Assembly (NCBI GenBank): GCA_963787125.1
Contig: CAWBBV010000007.1
Span: forward strand, 541,493 to 605,492
Length of the DNA: 64,000 nucleotides
Direction of reading: 5' to 3'
Source of the DNA: an uncultured delta proteobacterium
GTDB taxonomy: Bacteria; Desulfobacterota; Desulfuromonadia; Geobacterales; DSM-12255
Shown in pieces: positions 49,360 through 60,645 of the stretch. A model generated the notes under the pieces. That model was given only the letters and a program-made list of their open reading frames with translations. It was not told the origin of the DNA and made no database searches. The position numbers and the translations under genes were made by a program. The stretch's first letter is position 1. Each line of letters starts with the position of its first letter.

Positions 49360-51987
49360 ATGGAAAAAAGCAAAATACAGCCCGAACTTACCCCGATGAT
49401 GCGGCAGTATATGGAGATAAAGTCTTCGTATCCTGACGCCATCCTTTTTTTTCGTCTGGGTGATTTTTACGAAATGTTTCTCGACGATGCGGTAAAAGCT
49501 GCCGGAATTCTCGATATTACCCTGACTTCAAGAGGGAAGGATTCTGACGGCGGGGGGATTCCTCTCTGCGGGATTCCCTATCATTCGGCGCCGCCGTACA
49601 TTGCCAAGTTGATTGCTGCGGGCGAAAAAGTTGCCATCTGCGAGCAGGTGGAAGATCCAAAGTCTGTGAAGGGGATTGTCCGGCGTGAGGTAGTCAAGGT
49701 TGTCACCCCGGGGCTGGTAACGGACCACGATTCGCTCCAGCCAAAAGAGAACAACTTCCTTGTGGCAATCGTCCCGCAGTCTGAAACAGCCTACGGGTTG
49801 GCGGTTCTCGACCTCTCCACCGGCCATTTCCGGGCAACCGAGCTTGATTCACTTGAGACGCTGCTGGCAGAGGCTGCCTGCCTGGCGCCGCGGGAGATAC
49901 TCTTGCCGGCAAAGTATCGTGATTCAAACCTGCAGAAAAGTATCCTCCAGGATTTTTCGCCGCTATTTTCCTTTATCGATGATTGGGTTGATGATCCGGA
50001 GTACAGGGTCCGGCTTTTTGCCCAGCAGTTCGGCGTTCACCCCGATACCCTTTGCCAGGGGCTCAAGGGTGCTGCCGCAGCTGCCGCAGCGACGCTGCAT
50101 TACCTGCAAGAGACCCAGAAAGGGACAACCGTTCATCTGCGGGAACTGGTCACATACCAGAGCCGCGAGTTCCTTTTGCTGGACGACACGACCAGGCGCA
50201 ATCTTGAGCTGACAAGAACTATGGCTGAAGGGCGGCGCAGAGGCTCGCTGCTTGGCTTGATGGACAATACAACCACGCCGATGGGGGGGAGAAAACTGAA
50301 AGAGTGGATCAACTATCCGCTGGTTTCAGTTGAACAGATACTTGCCAGGCTCGACTCGGTCGAAGAGCTGGTTGCCGACCCTGCCAGGCGTGAAGCGATC
50401 AGCCTGGCAATAGAAGGGATCGCGGATCTTGAGCGGTTGAACGGCAGGATAACGCTTGCCTCGGCTTCTGCCAAGGATCTGGTTGCCCTAAGGGATTCCC
50501 TTGAACGCCTCCCTGCTGTAGTTGCTGCTGCTGCCGGATGCAGCGCGGCTTTGCTGAAAAACTCGGCTGACGGCATCGATCTTATGGAGGACGTTGCCAC
50601 CCTTATCAGGCAGGGGATAGCGGAAAACCCGCCCTTTGTCCTTCGGGATGGCGGCTTTATCGCTGACGGTTACAATCTTGAGCTTGATGATTTGAGAAAA
50701 ATCAGCAGTGAAGGGAAGGGGTTCATCGCCCGGCTGGAGGCCAAGGAAAAGCAGCGAACCGGCATAAGCTCCCTGAAAATAAGGTTTAACAAGGTTTTCG
50801 GCTACTACATCGAAATCACCCGGGCAAATCTGGCCGACATTCCGGACGATTATATCCGCCGCCAGACCCTGGCCAATGCCGAGAGATTCATCACCCCTGA
50901 ACTGAAGGAGTATGAGGACAAGGTCCTTGGCGCAGAGGATCGGATCTCAGAGCTTGAATACGGGCTTTTTCAGGAGATCCGCATCCTTGTGGCCGCTCAA
51001 GGGGGGCGAATCGCGGCGACTGCCGACAGGATCGCTACTGTTGACGTTTTGCTCTCTTTTGCCCGGCTTGCCCACAGCGCCGCTTACTGCCGTCCTGAAA
51101 TCAATAACGGTGAAATCCTCTCTATCACGGAAGGGCGTCATCCGGTGATAGAGGCTTTGAGTCTCGGGGAACGCTTTGTACCCAACGACCTGCTTCTGGA
51201 TAACAGCGACAATCAGCTGCTGATCATCACCGGCCCGAACATGGCAGGCAAGTCGACCTTTATGCGCCAGGTCGCCCTGATAACCCTGATGGCGCAGATG
51301 GGAAGCTTCGTCCCGGCTAAAGCCGCTGTCATCGGGGTGACCGACCGGATATTCACCCGGGTGGGGGCTTCAGATAACCTGGCCAAGGGGCAGTCGACCT
51401 TTATGATGGAGATGACCGAAACTGCCAATATCCTCCGGAATGCCACCCCGAAAAGCCTGGTTATCCTCGATGAGATCGGTCGCGGCACCTCCACCTTTGA
51501 CGGTGTCTCCATTGCCTGGGCAGTGGCCGAATTTCTTCATGATGAGGGGGCGCACAAGGCAAAAACGCTCTTTGCCACCCACTATCATGAGATGACCGAG
51601 CTCTCAGTTACCAGAAGCGGCGTCAAGAACTTTAACATTGCCGTGCGTGAATGGAACGATCAGGTGATTTTCCTGCGAAAGATCGTCCCCGGCGGCGCTT
51701 CCCACTCATACGGCATCCAGGTAGCCAGGCTTGCCGGGCTACCGTTTTCGGTCATTGAGCGCTCCAAGGAGATTTTGCGGAATCTGGAAAAAGGCGAATT
51801 CTCGGAAGAAGGGGTGCCACGGATCGCCAAAGGGAGGCGCTCGGTCACTTCAGCTCCGTCACCGCAACTCTCACTGTTTGATGACCGCTCTTCAGGAATC
51901 AGGAAAAGACTGGAAGAAACGAATGTTTCGCTCATCACCCCGCTCGAAGCTCTGAATCTGGTGGATGAACTTAAAAGGATGCTTTGA
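49360..51987 (+). CDS. mutS: DNA mismatch repair protein MutS
   Basis: [47 protein letters not shown]. Confidence 0.98.
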   Translation: MEKSKIQPELTPMMRQYMEIKSSYPDAILFFRLGDFYEMFLDDAVKAAGILDITLTSRGKDSDGGGIPLCGIPYHSAPPYIAKLIAAGEKVAICEQVEDPKSVKGIVRREVVKVVTPGLVTDHDSLQPKENNFLVAIVPQSETAYGLAVLDLSTGHFRATELDSLETLLAEAACLAPREILLPAKYRDSNLQKSILQDFSPLFSFIDDWVDDPEYRVRLFAQQFGVHPDTLCQGLKGAAAAAAATLHYLQETQKGTTVHLRELVTYQSREFLLLDDTTRRNLELTRTMAEGRRRGSLLGLMDNTTTPMGGRKLKEWINYPLVSVEQILARLDSVEELVADPARREAISLAIEGIADLERLNGRITLASASAKDLVALRDSLERLPAVVAAAAGCSAALLKNSADGIDLMEDVATLIRQGIAENPPFVLRDGGFIADGYNLELDDLRKISSEGKGFIARLEAKEKQRTGISSLKIRFNKVFGYYIEITRANLADIPDDYIRRQTLANAERFITPELKEYEDKVLGAEDRISELEYGLFQEIRILVAAQGGRIAATADRIATVDVLLSFARLAHSAAYCRPEINNGEILSITEGRHPVIEALSLGERFVPNDLLLDNSDNQLLIITGPNMAGKSTFMRQVALITLMAQMGSFVPAKAAVIGVTDRIFTRVGASDNLAKGQSTFMMEMTETANILRNATPKSLVILDEIGRGTSTFDGVSIAWAVAEFLHDEGAHKAKTLFATHYHEMTELSVTRSGVKNFNIAVREWNDQVIFLRKIVPGGASHSYGIQVARLAGLPFSVIERSKEILRNLEKGEFSEEGVPRIAKGRRSVTSAPSPQLSLFDDRSSGIRKRLEETNVSLITPLEALNLVDELKRML

Positions 51988-53375
51988 TGAACCGTAAAAT
52001 CTGCTTATGCTGGCTGGTAATGCTCACGCTGCTTTTAGCTGCCAACTCTTTTGCCGAGGAGGGTGACAGCGGAAAGAGCAAGACAGCTACGGCTAAAAAA
52101 GCTGCAGCCAAACAGAAAAAACAGAAAAAAACCGCAAAAAAGAAGGTCGTTAAAGCTCCCAGGGTCGTTAAACAGGAGCCTATGAAAGCGGTTGTCGCGG
52201 AAAATCCCCACACTCTTCCTGCCCAACTTACCGAGGTGAAACACTGGTCAACTCCCGACTACACCAGGATTGCGGTGACTCTGAGCCGTGAAGCCGCTTT
52301 TGAAAAGCATGAAATCGCCAAGACTCCGGGTTCGGGAATCCTCAGCAGAATCTTCTTCGATGTGAACGGCGCAAAACTTGCTCCGGGGGTCAAAGATCTC
52401 TCAATCGGTGACGGCCTCCTGAAAAGCGTCCGTGTCGCCCAGTATCGGCCTGACACTGTTCGCGTCGTTCTTGACGTGGAAAATATCAGAGATTACAAGA
52501 TATTCACCTTTTCCGACCCTTTCAGAATAATTGTGGATGTGAAAGGCGAAAGAACTGCAGAAATAAGCGCCCTCACACCGGTCATCTCTGCACCGCTTAA
52601 AGCTGTAGACCCGGTGCTGAAGGAGCTGCCGAAGGGGGGTGCTGATCTGCCTAAAGAGCTGCCTTCTGTCAAGATCCCCCAGCGAAGTCCACTCAAGCCT
52701 GGCAAGGTCAGAAGGATTGTCGTTGACCCTGGTCATGGCGGCAAGGATCCCGGCGCAGTGGGCTTAAGCGGTCTGCAGGAGAAGGACGTTGTTCTTTCCA
52801 TCGGGCTGATGGTGGCAAAGAAGCTCAAAGATGAGCTTGGTATCGACGCGGTCATGACACGTTCTACCGATGTTTTTATCGAGCTGCAGGAAAGGACGGC
52901 TATCGCCAACCAGGTCGGCGCTGATCTGTTTATCTCCATCCACGCCAACGCGGCTCTCAACAGGAAGGCCTCCGGCATAGAGACCTACTATCTCAACCTC
53001 GCCAAGACTGAAAAGGCGGCGCAGCTGGCCGCAAGAGAGAACGGCACCTCCCTGGAAAAGGTGAGTATCCTCCAGGCGGTTCTCTTCGATCTCATGGCAA
53101 ACTACAAGCTGAACGACTCTGCCCATCTTGCCGAAGAGGTGCAAAAAGCGCTCTACAAGCGGATTTCCGGCCAGGATCCTTCCACGAAGAATCTCGGCGT
53201 CAAGCAAGGGCCGTTCTATGTCCTTGTCGGCGCTACCATGCCGAGTATCCTGGTTGAGAGCGCTTTCATCAGCAACGCTCATGAAGAGGCAAAGCTCGGC
53301 GATCCCAAGTACCTGGAACAGACAGCCGAGGGGATTATCGACGGGGTAGTTTCCTATATAGCTGCGCTCAAGTAG
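51987..53375 (+). CDS. N-acetylmuramoyl-L-alanine amidase with AMIN domain (AmiC-like)
   Basis: VDPGHGGKDPGA, EKDVVL, SIHAN, FYVL, ILVESAFISN. Confidence 0.95.
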   Translation: MNRKICLCWLVMLTLLLAANSFAEEGDSGKSKTATAKKAAAKQKKQKKTAKKKVVKAPRVVKQEPMKAVVAENPHTLPAQLTEVKHWSTPDYTRIAVTLSREAAFEKHEIAKTPGSGILSRIFFDVNGAKLAPGVKDLSIGDGLLKSVRVAQYRPDTVRVVLDVENIRDYKIFTFSDPFRIIVDVKGERTAEISALTPVISAPLKAVDPVLKELPKGGADLPKELPSVKIPQRSPLKPGKVRRIVVDPGHGGKDPGAVGLSGLQEKDVVLSIGLMVAKKLKDELGIDAVMTRSTDVFIELQERTAIANQVGADLFISIHANAALNRKASGIETYYLNLAKTEKAAQLAARENGTSLEKVSILQAVLFDLMANYKLNDSAHLAEEVQKALYKRISGQDPSTKNLGVKQGPFYVLVGATMPSILVESAFISNAHEEAKLGDPKYLEQTAEGIIDGVVSYIAALK

Positions 53376-53398
53376 GTGCCGGGAGCAGTAGATTCTTT

Positions 53399-53440
53399 AA
53401 AAACCGCTCCAGTCTGCTTCAGGCTCTGGAGCGGTTTTTT
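53399..53440. terminator. Intrinsic terminator
   Basis: AAAAACCGCTCCAG...CTGGAGCGGTTTTTT. Confidence 0.85.
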
Positions 53441-53582
53441 GCGTTTCGACACGGATTAACGCGGAAACAGATAAACAACTACGAGGAGAGGTGGAAAAAG
53501 TAGATGGCCTTCTGGTAATTTAATATTTGGTGCCCCCTATAGAATTCCACATTGCTGCGCAGAAATAAGCCGGGAATAGTCT

Positions 53583-54047
53583 ATGCCCACACCAAGCCTG
53601 GTCACGTTGCTCAGGCTGTTGGCCTATGGAAAGGATGGTGACAAGATGATCATGATTTTAGAAATATCAGTTGAATCAGGGTGTCTGCACGTAGTCGCAA
53701 AGGGTAAATTCTCTCTGGAAGAGGCTAAAAGAACTTTCATAGAAATTCTCGAAGCTGTTGTCCTGAACAAGGTTGGCAAGGTACTACTTGATGGGCGGAG
53801 GCTCGCGGGAAACCCTAAATTCATGGAACGGTTCTATTACGGCAAATTTGCGGCAGAGACAGTTATGGAATTCGCCGATCAGGGTGTGTCCAGTTTAACA
53901 AAGTTTGCGTACGTTCTTGAAATCCCAATGCTCGACGCCGGGAGGTTCGGGGAGAACGTAGCTAGAAGTCGGGGCATGAATATCAAGGTGTTCGATACTT
54001 ATGAAGACGCTCTCGGCTGGCTCCGAATACCACTCGTAAGCAACTGA
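53583..54047 (+). CDS. Hypothetical protein (SpoIIAA/STAS-like)
   Basis: KVLLDGR...FGENVARSRGMNIKVF...DALGWL pattern; start uncertain (possibly MIMIL). Confidence 0.65.
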   Translation: MPTPSLVTLLRLLAYGKDGDKMIMILEISVESGCLHVVAKGKFSLEEAKRTFIEILEAVVLNKVGKVLLDGRRLAGNPKFMERFYYGKFAAETVMEFADQGVSSLTKFAYVLEIPMLDAGRFGENVARSRGMNIKVFDTYEDALGWLRIPLVSN

Positions 54048-54093
54048 CCTGTCGCAAAAGTATCGAAGATGTGATGTGGCGACTACAGAAGTA

Positions 54094-54885
54094 TCATGGC
54101 AAGGGTGCCGCGATGTGGAGGATCACCTTGTGTTCGGCGATGCTTGCGGCAATATCCTTTGGTGGCTGTTCATCGGTAAATAGGGCGTGAATCTGTGACA
54201 GATGGCCGAGTCTGACCAAGGCATTGCGGTTGAATTTGGTATGATCGGCTGCCAGGAAAACTTTACGTGAATTTTCGATAATTGCTTGCGCCACCCGCAC
54301 TTCGTGGTAGTCAAATTCGAGGAGCGTTCCATCACTGTCGATGGCGGAGATCCCTATAATCCCGAAATCCACCTTGAACTGACGAATAAAGTCGATGGTC
54401 GCCTCGCCGGTTATGCCCCGGTCCCGGTGGCGAACTACGCCTCCGGCGATGATTACCTTGCAGGTGGGGTTACTGCTCAAAATCGTGGCAACATTGAGGT
54501 CATTCGTTATGACGTGCAAGCCGTCGTGATCTCGCAAGGCACGGGCCACCTCCTCGGTCGTCGTGCCGATATTAATGAAAACCGAAGCCCGGTCTGGTAT
54601 CTGATCGGCCACAGCGCGGGCAATCCGCTGCTTTTCTTCCAGCAACATTATTTTGCGTGTTTCATAGGCAACATTTTCGACACTGGTGGATAAGCCGACG
54701 CCGCCATGAAACCGTCTGACCAGACCCTGTTGGCAAAGTTCGTTGAGGTCGCGACGGATAGTCTGCGGAGTGACGTCAAATCCCTGCGCCAGGGCTTCCA
54801 CGGCAGCAAAGCCCTGTTGCTGAACCATTTCCAGGATCTGCTGCTGCCTTTGGTTCAGTTTTTTCTCCGCACAATTTTCAACCAT
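54094..54885 (-). CDS. glpR: Glycerol-3-phosphate regulon repressor (DeoR family)
   Basis: [30 protein letters not shown]; divergent from glpK. Confidence 0.9.
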   Translation of the reverse strand: MVENCAEKKLNQRQQQILEMVQQQGFAAVEALAQGFDVTPQTIRRDLNELCQQGLVRRFHGGVGLSTSVENVAYETRKIMLLEEKQRIARAVADQIPDRASVFINIGTTTEEVARALRDHDGLHVITNDLNVATILSSNPTCKVIIAGGVVRHRDRGITGEATIDFIRQFKVDFGIIGISAIDSDGTLLEFDYHEVRVAQAIIENSRKVFLAADHTKFNRNALVRLGHLSQIHALFTDEQPPKDIAASIAEHKVILHIAAPLP

Positions 54886-55004
54886 TATTCCCTCACTTGA
54901 AGTATAAATGTTGCAATACGTACACTAAACAGGCAAAAAGAATATTGCCAATGTTGAAATGTTACCAGATTTTGCCATTTACGCAATTAAAAGGAGCTTT
55001 AGCC

Positions 55005-56516
55005 GTGTCTGAATATATTGCAGCGATCGACCAGGGAACGACAAGTACCCGTTGCATGCTCTTCAATTATGCCGGGGAAACTGTTTCGAACTGCCAGATG
55101 GAGCACACGCAGATCTACCCCCGGCCCGGATGGGTCGAACACGATCCCCTTGAAATATGGTCGCGTACCATGGATGTCATTCACAGGGCAATGGAACAGG
55201 CCGGCCTGGTGGCCGGGGATATAGCCGCCGTAGGGATAACCAACCAGCGCGAAACTACGGTGATCTGGAACCGTCACACCGGCCAACCCTATCACAATGC
55301 CATTGTCTGGCAGGACACCCGTACTGACGTTATCTGCAACAAGTTGGCAGCAGATGGCGGCCAGGACCGTTTTCGCCTCCAGACAGGTCTGCCTCTGGCG
55401 ACTTATTTTTCCGGACCCAAGATCAAGTGGTTGCTGGATAACGTCGCTGGCCTGCGTGAAGCTGCCGAAAAGGGGGACGCCATCTTCGGCAACATGGACA
55501 GCTGGATTCTCTGGAATCTGACCGGTGGAATACATGGCGGGGCTCACATTACTGATGTCACCAATGCCTCGCGCACGATGCTGATGGATCTGGAAGGGAC
55601 ACAGTGGAACGATGAGATCCTCGCCGTCATGACCGTGCCGAAAAAGATGCTGCCGCAGATTCGCCCATCGAGCGATCCGGCGTGCTACGGCTATACTCTT
55701 CCTGACGGCCCTTTCGGTGGTAAAATCCCGGTCTGTGGTAATCTGGGTGACCAGCAGGCGGCTACCGTCGGCCAGGCCTGTTTCAGTCAGGGGGAGGTGA
55801 AAAACACCTACGGCACCGGTTGCTTTATGCTTCTCAATACCGGTACAGAGATTGTTCACTCGAAAAACGGCTTGCTGACGGTTCCTTGTTACAAATTCGG
55901 TGACCAGCCAACGGTATACGCCCTTGAGGGTTCCATTGCCATTGGCGGGGCGGTGGTCCAGTGGCTGCGCGATCAGATGCGGCTGATCAATACCGCCGCC
56001 GACGTGGAAAACCTGGCCCGCATGGTGGAAGATAATGGCGGTATGTATTTTGTCCCCGCGTTTTCAGGCCTTTTTGCCCCCTACTGGCGGAGTGATGCCC
56101 GCGGTGCCATTGTCGGGATGACACGTTATCTGACCCGTGGCCACTTCGCCCGGGCCGCACTTGAAGCGGTGGCTTACCAGACCCGCGAAGTTCTTGATGC
56201 CATGGAAATTGACTCGGGCGTCGCCATCAAAGCCCTCAAGGTTGACGGCGGCATGGTAGGCAACGGTCTGCTCATGCAGTACCAGGCCGATGTGCTTAAC
56301 GTGCCGGTCATTCGGCCCAAGGTTGTCGAAAGCACGGCCCTGGGCGCTGCCTATGCGGCAGGTCTGGCCGTCGGCTTCTGGAAGAGTACTGATGAAATGC
56401 GCAACAACTGGGGCATCGACAAAACCTGGCAACCGTCTGCGGATGACACCGCCCGCGTCAAGAATTACGGCATGTGGAAAAAGGCTGTTACCCGGACTTT
56501 CGACTGGGTGGAATAA
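55005..56516 (+). CDS. glpK: Glycerol kinase
   Basis: [47 protein letters not shown] start after AAGGAG. Confidence 0.97.
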   Translation: MSEYIAAIDQGTTSTRCMLFNYAGETVSNCQMEHTQIYPRPGWVEHDPLEIWSRTMDVIHRAMEQAGLVAGDIAAVGITNQRETTVIWNRHTGQPYHNAIVWQDTRTDVICNKLAADGGQDRFRLQTGLPLATYFSGPKIKWLLDNVAGLREAAEKGDAIFGNMDSWILWNLTGGIHGGAHITDVTNASRTMLMDLEGTQWNDEILAVMTVPKKMLPQIRPSSDPACYGYTLPDGPFGGKIPVCGNLGDQQAATVGQACFSQGEVKNTYGTGCFMLLNTGTEIVHSKNGLLTVPCYKFGDQPTVYALEGSIAIGGAVVQWLRDQMRLINTAADVENLARMVEDNGGMYFVPAFSGLFAPYWRSDARGAIVGMTRYLTRGHFARAALEAVAYQTREVLDAMEIDSGVAIKALKVDGGMVGNGLLMQYQADVLNVPVIRPKVVESTALGAAYAAGLAVGFWKSTDEMRNNWGIDKTWQPSADDTARVKNYGMWKKAVTRTFDWVE

Positions 56517-56527
56517 AGAATCAAACG

Positions 56528-58141
56528 CTAGATTGCCACTGTGAGCCGCTTCATTGCCAGCTCCAGCTCAGTCTGGCAGCGCGTCTCATCCCAGCCGAGC
56601 TCCGCTGCCATCAAGACAATGACACGCGGGATGGATATCATGGCGGCCGCTTTAGCAATCAGGGCCAGCGGCATTCGGCGGGCGAGGACGTCTATGGCCT
56701 GCACCGCAAATTCGTGCCGAACGGCATAAATCACTTCGGCTTCTATGTAGGGATGGTCCTGATGCAGGCGCATCGCGAGGCCTTTGGCGGCATATTGAGC
56801 CACAGTCTCGGCCCGGTCGCCATAGGAGTGATGGAGGTGGAGAGCGATGTCGCTGGCAAACCCGTATTCTTTGCCAAGACGGATCAGGTTGTCAGGGTGG
56901 AAATTATCGCCACCGGCAACCGGGGTATGTCTGGTCTGACAGGGGCGAAGCGGCATTAAATCGTAACAGTTAAGCGCCTGATCTACGGCATTTTCAGCCA
57001 TGTAACGGTAATTCGTCCATTTGCCGCCGACGACAGTGAGCAGACCGGAGCTGCTCGCAGAAATCTGATAATCACGGACCATGCTGGAGGTATCCGCAGC
57101 TCCGGGATCCGCTACCAGGGGGCGAAGTCCTGACCAGCTTGACTTGATATCTTTCCGGGTCACTTGCATATCAAAATACCGCCCGACATGGCGCAGCAGA
57201 TAATCGATTTCCGCCTCGGTGACAACGGGGTGATCGACAATCCTGGCCGGGTCATCGGTTGTGCCGATGAGAGCATGCCCCTGCCAGGGGATGACGAATA
57301 GTACGCGACCGTCTTCGGTTTTGGGGATTAACAGGCCGTCCAGCGGCGGTGCAAAGCGTTTGTCGAGGACTATGTGTACCCCTGAGCTGGCAGTCAGAAT
57401 CGGGGCGACGCCCGGATCATCCATCTTCCGCAAACTGTCGCCGAATGGGCCTGTAGCGTTGATCACGCCTTTGGCGCGCACAGTCCATTCTTTTCCTGTC
57501 AAAGTGTCCTTAACAACGGCACCGGCCACCCTGCCGTTATCTTTGAGCAGGGCGGTTAATTCGACATGATTGGCCACTATCGCCCCACGCTCTTTGGCGG
57601 TTAACGCCAGAGCCACGGCCATTCGGGCGTCGTTGAACTGCCCGTCATAGTAAAGCACCCCAGCCTTGAGCCCTTTCGTTCTAACCATGGGAAATCGCCT
57701 GATCGTCTCTTTCCGGCTCAGTATACGGCTACGACCAATGCTCATCTTGCCGGCGAGAAAATCATAGAGCTTCAGGCCGGCAAAGACCTGGGGCAGATCG
57801 ATCCAGCTGTAGAGCGGGGTGACAAAGGCAATCCGGTTGGCGAGGTGCGGGGCATTTTTCAGCAACAGACCCCGTTCGTGCAGCCCCTCTTTTACAAGGT
57901 TGTATTGAGTCAGATCCAGACTTTTAACCGCCTTTTCAAGGTAGCGCACCCCACCATGTACCAGCTTTGTGCTGCGGCTGCTTGTCCCTTCCGCCAGATC
58001 CTGCTTCTCTACCAGAGCTACTTTTAGCCCCCGGAGCGCCGCATCCAGCGCAATACCGCAACCGGTAGCGCCGCCGCCAACTACTAAAAGGTCAAATAGA
58101 TCATTCTGCATCAGGGTCGAAAGAGTCTCTTGTCTTGTCAT
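56528..58141 (-). CDS. glpD: FAD-dependent glycerol-3-phosphate dehydrogenase
   Basis: VGGGATG, GTSSRSTKLVHGGVRYL, DGQFNDAR, IGTTD, GLRPL, GGKWT. Confidence 0.95.
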   Translation of the reverse strand: MTRQETLSTLMQNDLFDLLVVGGGATGCGIALDAALRGLKVALVEKQDLAEGTSSRSTKLVHGGVRYLEKAVKSLDLTQYNLVKEGLHERGLLLKNAPHLANRIAFVTPLYSWIDLPQVFAGLKLYDFLAGKMSIGRSRILSRKETIRRFPMVRTKGLKAGVLYYDGQFNDARMAVALALTAKERGAIVANHVELTALLKDNGRVAGAVVKDTLTGKEWTVRAKGVINATGPFGDSLRKMDDPGVAPILTASSGVHIVLDKRFAPPLDGLLIPKTEDGRVLFVIPWQGHALIGTTDDPARIVDHPVVTEAEIDYLLRHVGRYFDMQVTRKDIKSSWSGLRPLVADPGAADTSSMVRDYQISASSSGLLTVVGGKWTNYRYMAENAVDQALNCYDLMPLRPCQTRHTPVAGGDNFHPDNLIRLGKEYGFASDIALHLHHSYGDRAETVAQYAAKGLAMRLHQDHPYIEAEVIYAVRHEFAVQAIDVLARRMPLALIAKAAAMISIPRVIVLMAAELGWDETRCQTELELAMKRLTVAI

Positions 58142-58428
58142 ATCATGTCTGCCTTGCTGTTGGTGAGGATGAGAAACTTTGACGTCGAAATTTCTATAAT
58201 GTTCTAATTCGATGATAACGCAGCGACTTTTTGTTTGCAATCGAAAATCTATGGTTGGATGCGAAGCCATGTTTATGCCAGGAATGACCGTTTGAAGGTT
58301 TATAGGCGAGATAAAGGGTCAAATATTGTGAACGACTCCTTGAACAGATGAATTACTCATTTGAATCTTTGCCTCGATAAAAAAGCATGTTGGCTATGGA
58401 TTTTCAGGCCACAGTAAGGCAGAGGGGT

Positions 58429-58551
58429 GATGAAAAACTGGCGAGGCAGGTAGGGATGTATCTTTGCCATAAATGCAGCGGGAAAAACTTCGGGAAATTG
58501 GTAGTCTGTTCTGGGGGGGGAGAAACCGCAATTGCAGCAGCGCGCCATCTG
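58429..58551 (+). pseudogene. Frameshifted remnant of a DnaA-C-like HTH, as at the C-terminus of Y1/RAYT transposases
   Basis: Joining two frames gives DEKLARQVGMYLCHKCSGK/LREIGSLF/GGGETAI. Confidence 0.55.
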
Positions 58552-58593
58552 CTTTCAAGCGGTATATCACTGGCTTCGCTAACTTGAAGTTCC

Positions 58594-59202
58594 TCAGTGA
58601 ATTACCAAGCCATCTACGGTCATTGTCCCGCATTCAACAACCAAACTCCCATAGATTTCGGTGTCAGTAACATATGCTGGGTCGTTTAAATTTATTCTTC
58701 CCTTAATGGTAATATTACTGCTGCAGCCATTCATAACAATATTTTGATAGAAGGTCGTTGAATTAGCTAAAATAGTAATGTTCGGCTGATTGTTATAGAT
58801 GCTGACAGCTTGAGAAATAGCTGAAGACAGATCATTAGTTGCCAATATTGTAAAATTGCCAAAATCGCTGTCATTAACTGCGACAATATTACTATAGCCA
58901 CTTTCATTCCAGTTAGTATCATAAGCAGTTACTGTGAAGTAATACTTGGCATTATTATCAAGACCATTAAAGCCCACTACATTATTATTGTGAACATCAA
59001 TTGGAGAATTACCCTGCGCAGCATCAGTGCCGTCAAAAGGTAAACTTAAGGTGTCTTTTTTGTAATATGCCTTATAACCAACAGTTGAAATGTCCGGATT
59101 TAAATCCCAGGTCAATAAGACATCCATAGCTGTGCAAACTTTTGCTGAATCCAGAATCATGAAAAGTGAAATCATAACTAATCTAAACCTGGATATATTC
59201 AT
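58594..59202 (-). CDS. Exported fibronectin type III domain protein
   Basis: LTWD...GYKAYY...GLD...YYFTVTAYD...NESGYSN; AT-rich. Confidence 0.8.
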   Translation of the reverse strand: MNISRFRLVMISLFMILDSAKVCTAMDVLLTWDLNPDISTVGYKAYYKKDTLSLPFDGTDAAQGNSPIDVHNNNVVGFNGLDNNAKYYFTVTAYDTNWNESGYSNIVAVNDSDFGNFTILATNDLSSAISQAVSIYNNQPNITILANSTTFYQNIVMNGCSSNITIKGRINLNDPAYVTDTEIYGSLVVECGTMTVDGLVIH

Positions 59203-59511
59203 TGCTATTCGCCAACCTTAAAGACTCAGCACCTGACTAATGTGCTTCGATAAAATGTCGATGTGAGGAGAGAGCCACTGTTTTTAATGCCCCACTCCAA
59301 TCAATGTTTAAGACGTCTGCAATATTTAGACCTCAAGCTAACATGCTGATATCTCGTGTGATATTTCACCCATCTCAGTGCTGACCATGATTTAGTGTAA
59401 GGTTATTCGACAGATCTCCAGGGCATAGAGAACATTCGCAACGGTTTTCTTGCCCGCTACTCCATCATCACCCACGGCCAGGGTCTGGTACAGGTGGCGT
59501 CTACATAGACG

Positions 59512-59540
59512 TTGACATTGCCGGGGTGGCAGGGTATTAA
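59512..59540 (+). promoter_or_regulatory. Putative sigma70 promoter upstream of parB-like gene
   Basis: TTGACA-N17-TATTAA. Confidence 0.6.
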
Positions 59541-59604
59541 GGCTGCGTAATAATGTAAAGAAGTGATTGATGGTTTTTGGGGATGAATGAACGATGAATT
59601 AATG

Positions 59605-59641
59605 CTGCTGTGTTGGCATGAACCGATGCAGCAGTTTTTTT
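59605..59641 (+). terminator. Intrinsic terminator in the parB leader
   Basis: CTGCTGTGTTGG-CATGAA-CCGATGCAGCAG-T7. Confidence 0.7.
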
Positions 59642-59679
59642 ATTTAAGGGCTATCTAAAGAAGCTCACAAGGGGGCAAT

Positions 59680-60447
59680 ATGGCGGAAACCTATGTAAAA
59701 GGGCAGATGTATCAGTTAAGCATGTTCCAGCTGATTCCCGATCCGGATCAGCCGCGCAAGTTTTTTGACGAGCAGGCGCTGGTTGAACTGGCGGCGTCAA
59801 TCGCCAGTCATGGAGTGCTCCAGCCGATCCTGGTGCGGGAAGGGGCTGAGGGGAAGTTCATCATCGTCTCCGGTGAGCGTCGTTATCAGGCGGCCCGCAA
59901 TGCCGGTCTGGAAACTGTCCCGGCGATCCTTACCGACGGTGAACCGGCGGAGATTTCCATTATTGAGAATCTGCTGCGGGAAAACTTGACGGCTATTGAA
60001 GAGGCCGAAGCCATCGAGCGGCTGCGGGCTCTGCATGATTACGGTCTGGCGGAGCTGGCAACGGCACTGGGGAAGTCGGATTCCACAATTTCGGACATAC
60101 TTTCCTTGAATCGGCTCCCCGCAAAAATCAAGGATGACTGCCGCAATGATCCCAAGGCCATGCGCAGTATCCTGAAACTCATATCCCAGCAGAAAACGGC
60201 GTCAAAGATGGTTGCGCTTTACACCAAGTACAAGGAGAGCGGCCTTACTGTCGGAGAAATCCGCAAGAAGTTCGCTGCGCCGAAACCGTCCGATGCGCCC
60301 CTTGACCTTGCTTTTGTCGATCAGTTCTGCGAGAAAATTGACACTCTTGATTACACCAGACTGACTGCGGAGCAGAAGGGCGCTCTCATCCTCAGTTTCG
60401 GCAAACTGCGGGGCGTGGCGTACCAGAAGATGAAACTGATGAAGTAA
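59680..60447 (+). CDS. Orphan ParB/Spo0J-family protein
   Basis: PDQPRKFF, GVLQPILVR, SGERRYQA (CTP-binding motif), ENLLRENL, HTH LATALGKS; no adjacent parA. Confidence 0.93.
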   Translation: MAETYVKGQMYQLSMFQLIPDPDQPRKFFDEQALVELAASIASHGVLQPILVREGAEGKFIIVSGERRYQAARNAGLETVPAILTDGEPAEISIIENLLRENLTAIEEAEAIERLRALHDYGLAELATALGKSDSTISDILSLNRLPAKIKDDCRNDPKAMRSILKLISQQKTASKMVALYTKYKESGLTVGEIRKKFAAPKPSDAPLDLAFVDQFCEKIDTLDYTRLTAEQKGALILSFGKLRGVAYQKMKLMK

Positions 60448-60550
60448 ACGGCTGGAGTTTGTCTCTTTCATGAGAAGGAAGTGGCAAAAACCCTGAAATA
60501 TTTGGCCGTTTTTTAGACGTGAATTGTTATTAAACCGATAGTTACAACGG

Positions 60551-60570
60551 AATTCCGGACGTCCGGAATT
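60551..60570. promoter_or_regulatory. Perfect 20-bp palindrome, candidate parS-like/operator site
   Basis: AATTCCGGACGTCCGGAATT between parB and the RM gene. Confidence 0.55.
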
Positions 60571-60645
60571 TTGACTATTTTAATCTATCAGCTGTGATAG
60601 TATGCCCGAATCAACATTTGCCGACCATATAGAGGAACCTATCAT

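Noticed and set aside
53528..53548. TGGTGCCCCC as a tRNA 3'-end/att remnant at the accessory region edge
   Set aside because: Too short, no T-arm, and no second copy or integrase in the window.
58265..58280. Sigma54-like TGGCAT-N5-TGGC on the minus strand upstream of glpD
   Set aside because: Imperfect -12 box, no adjacent activator, and GlpR regulons normally use sigma70.
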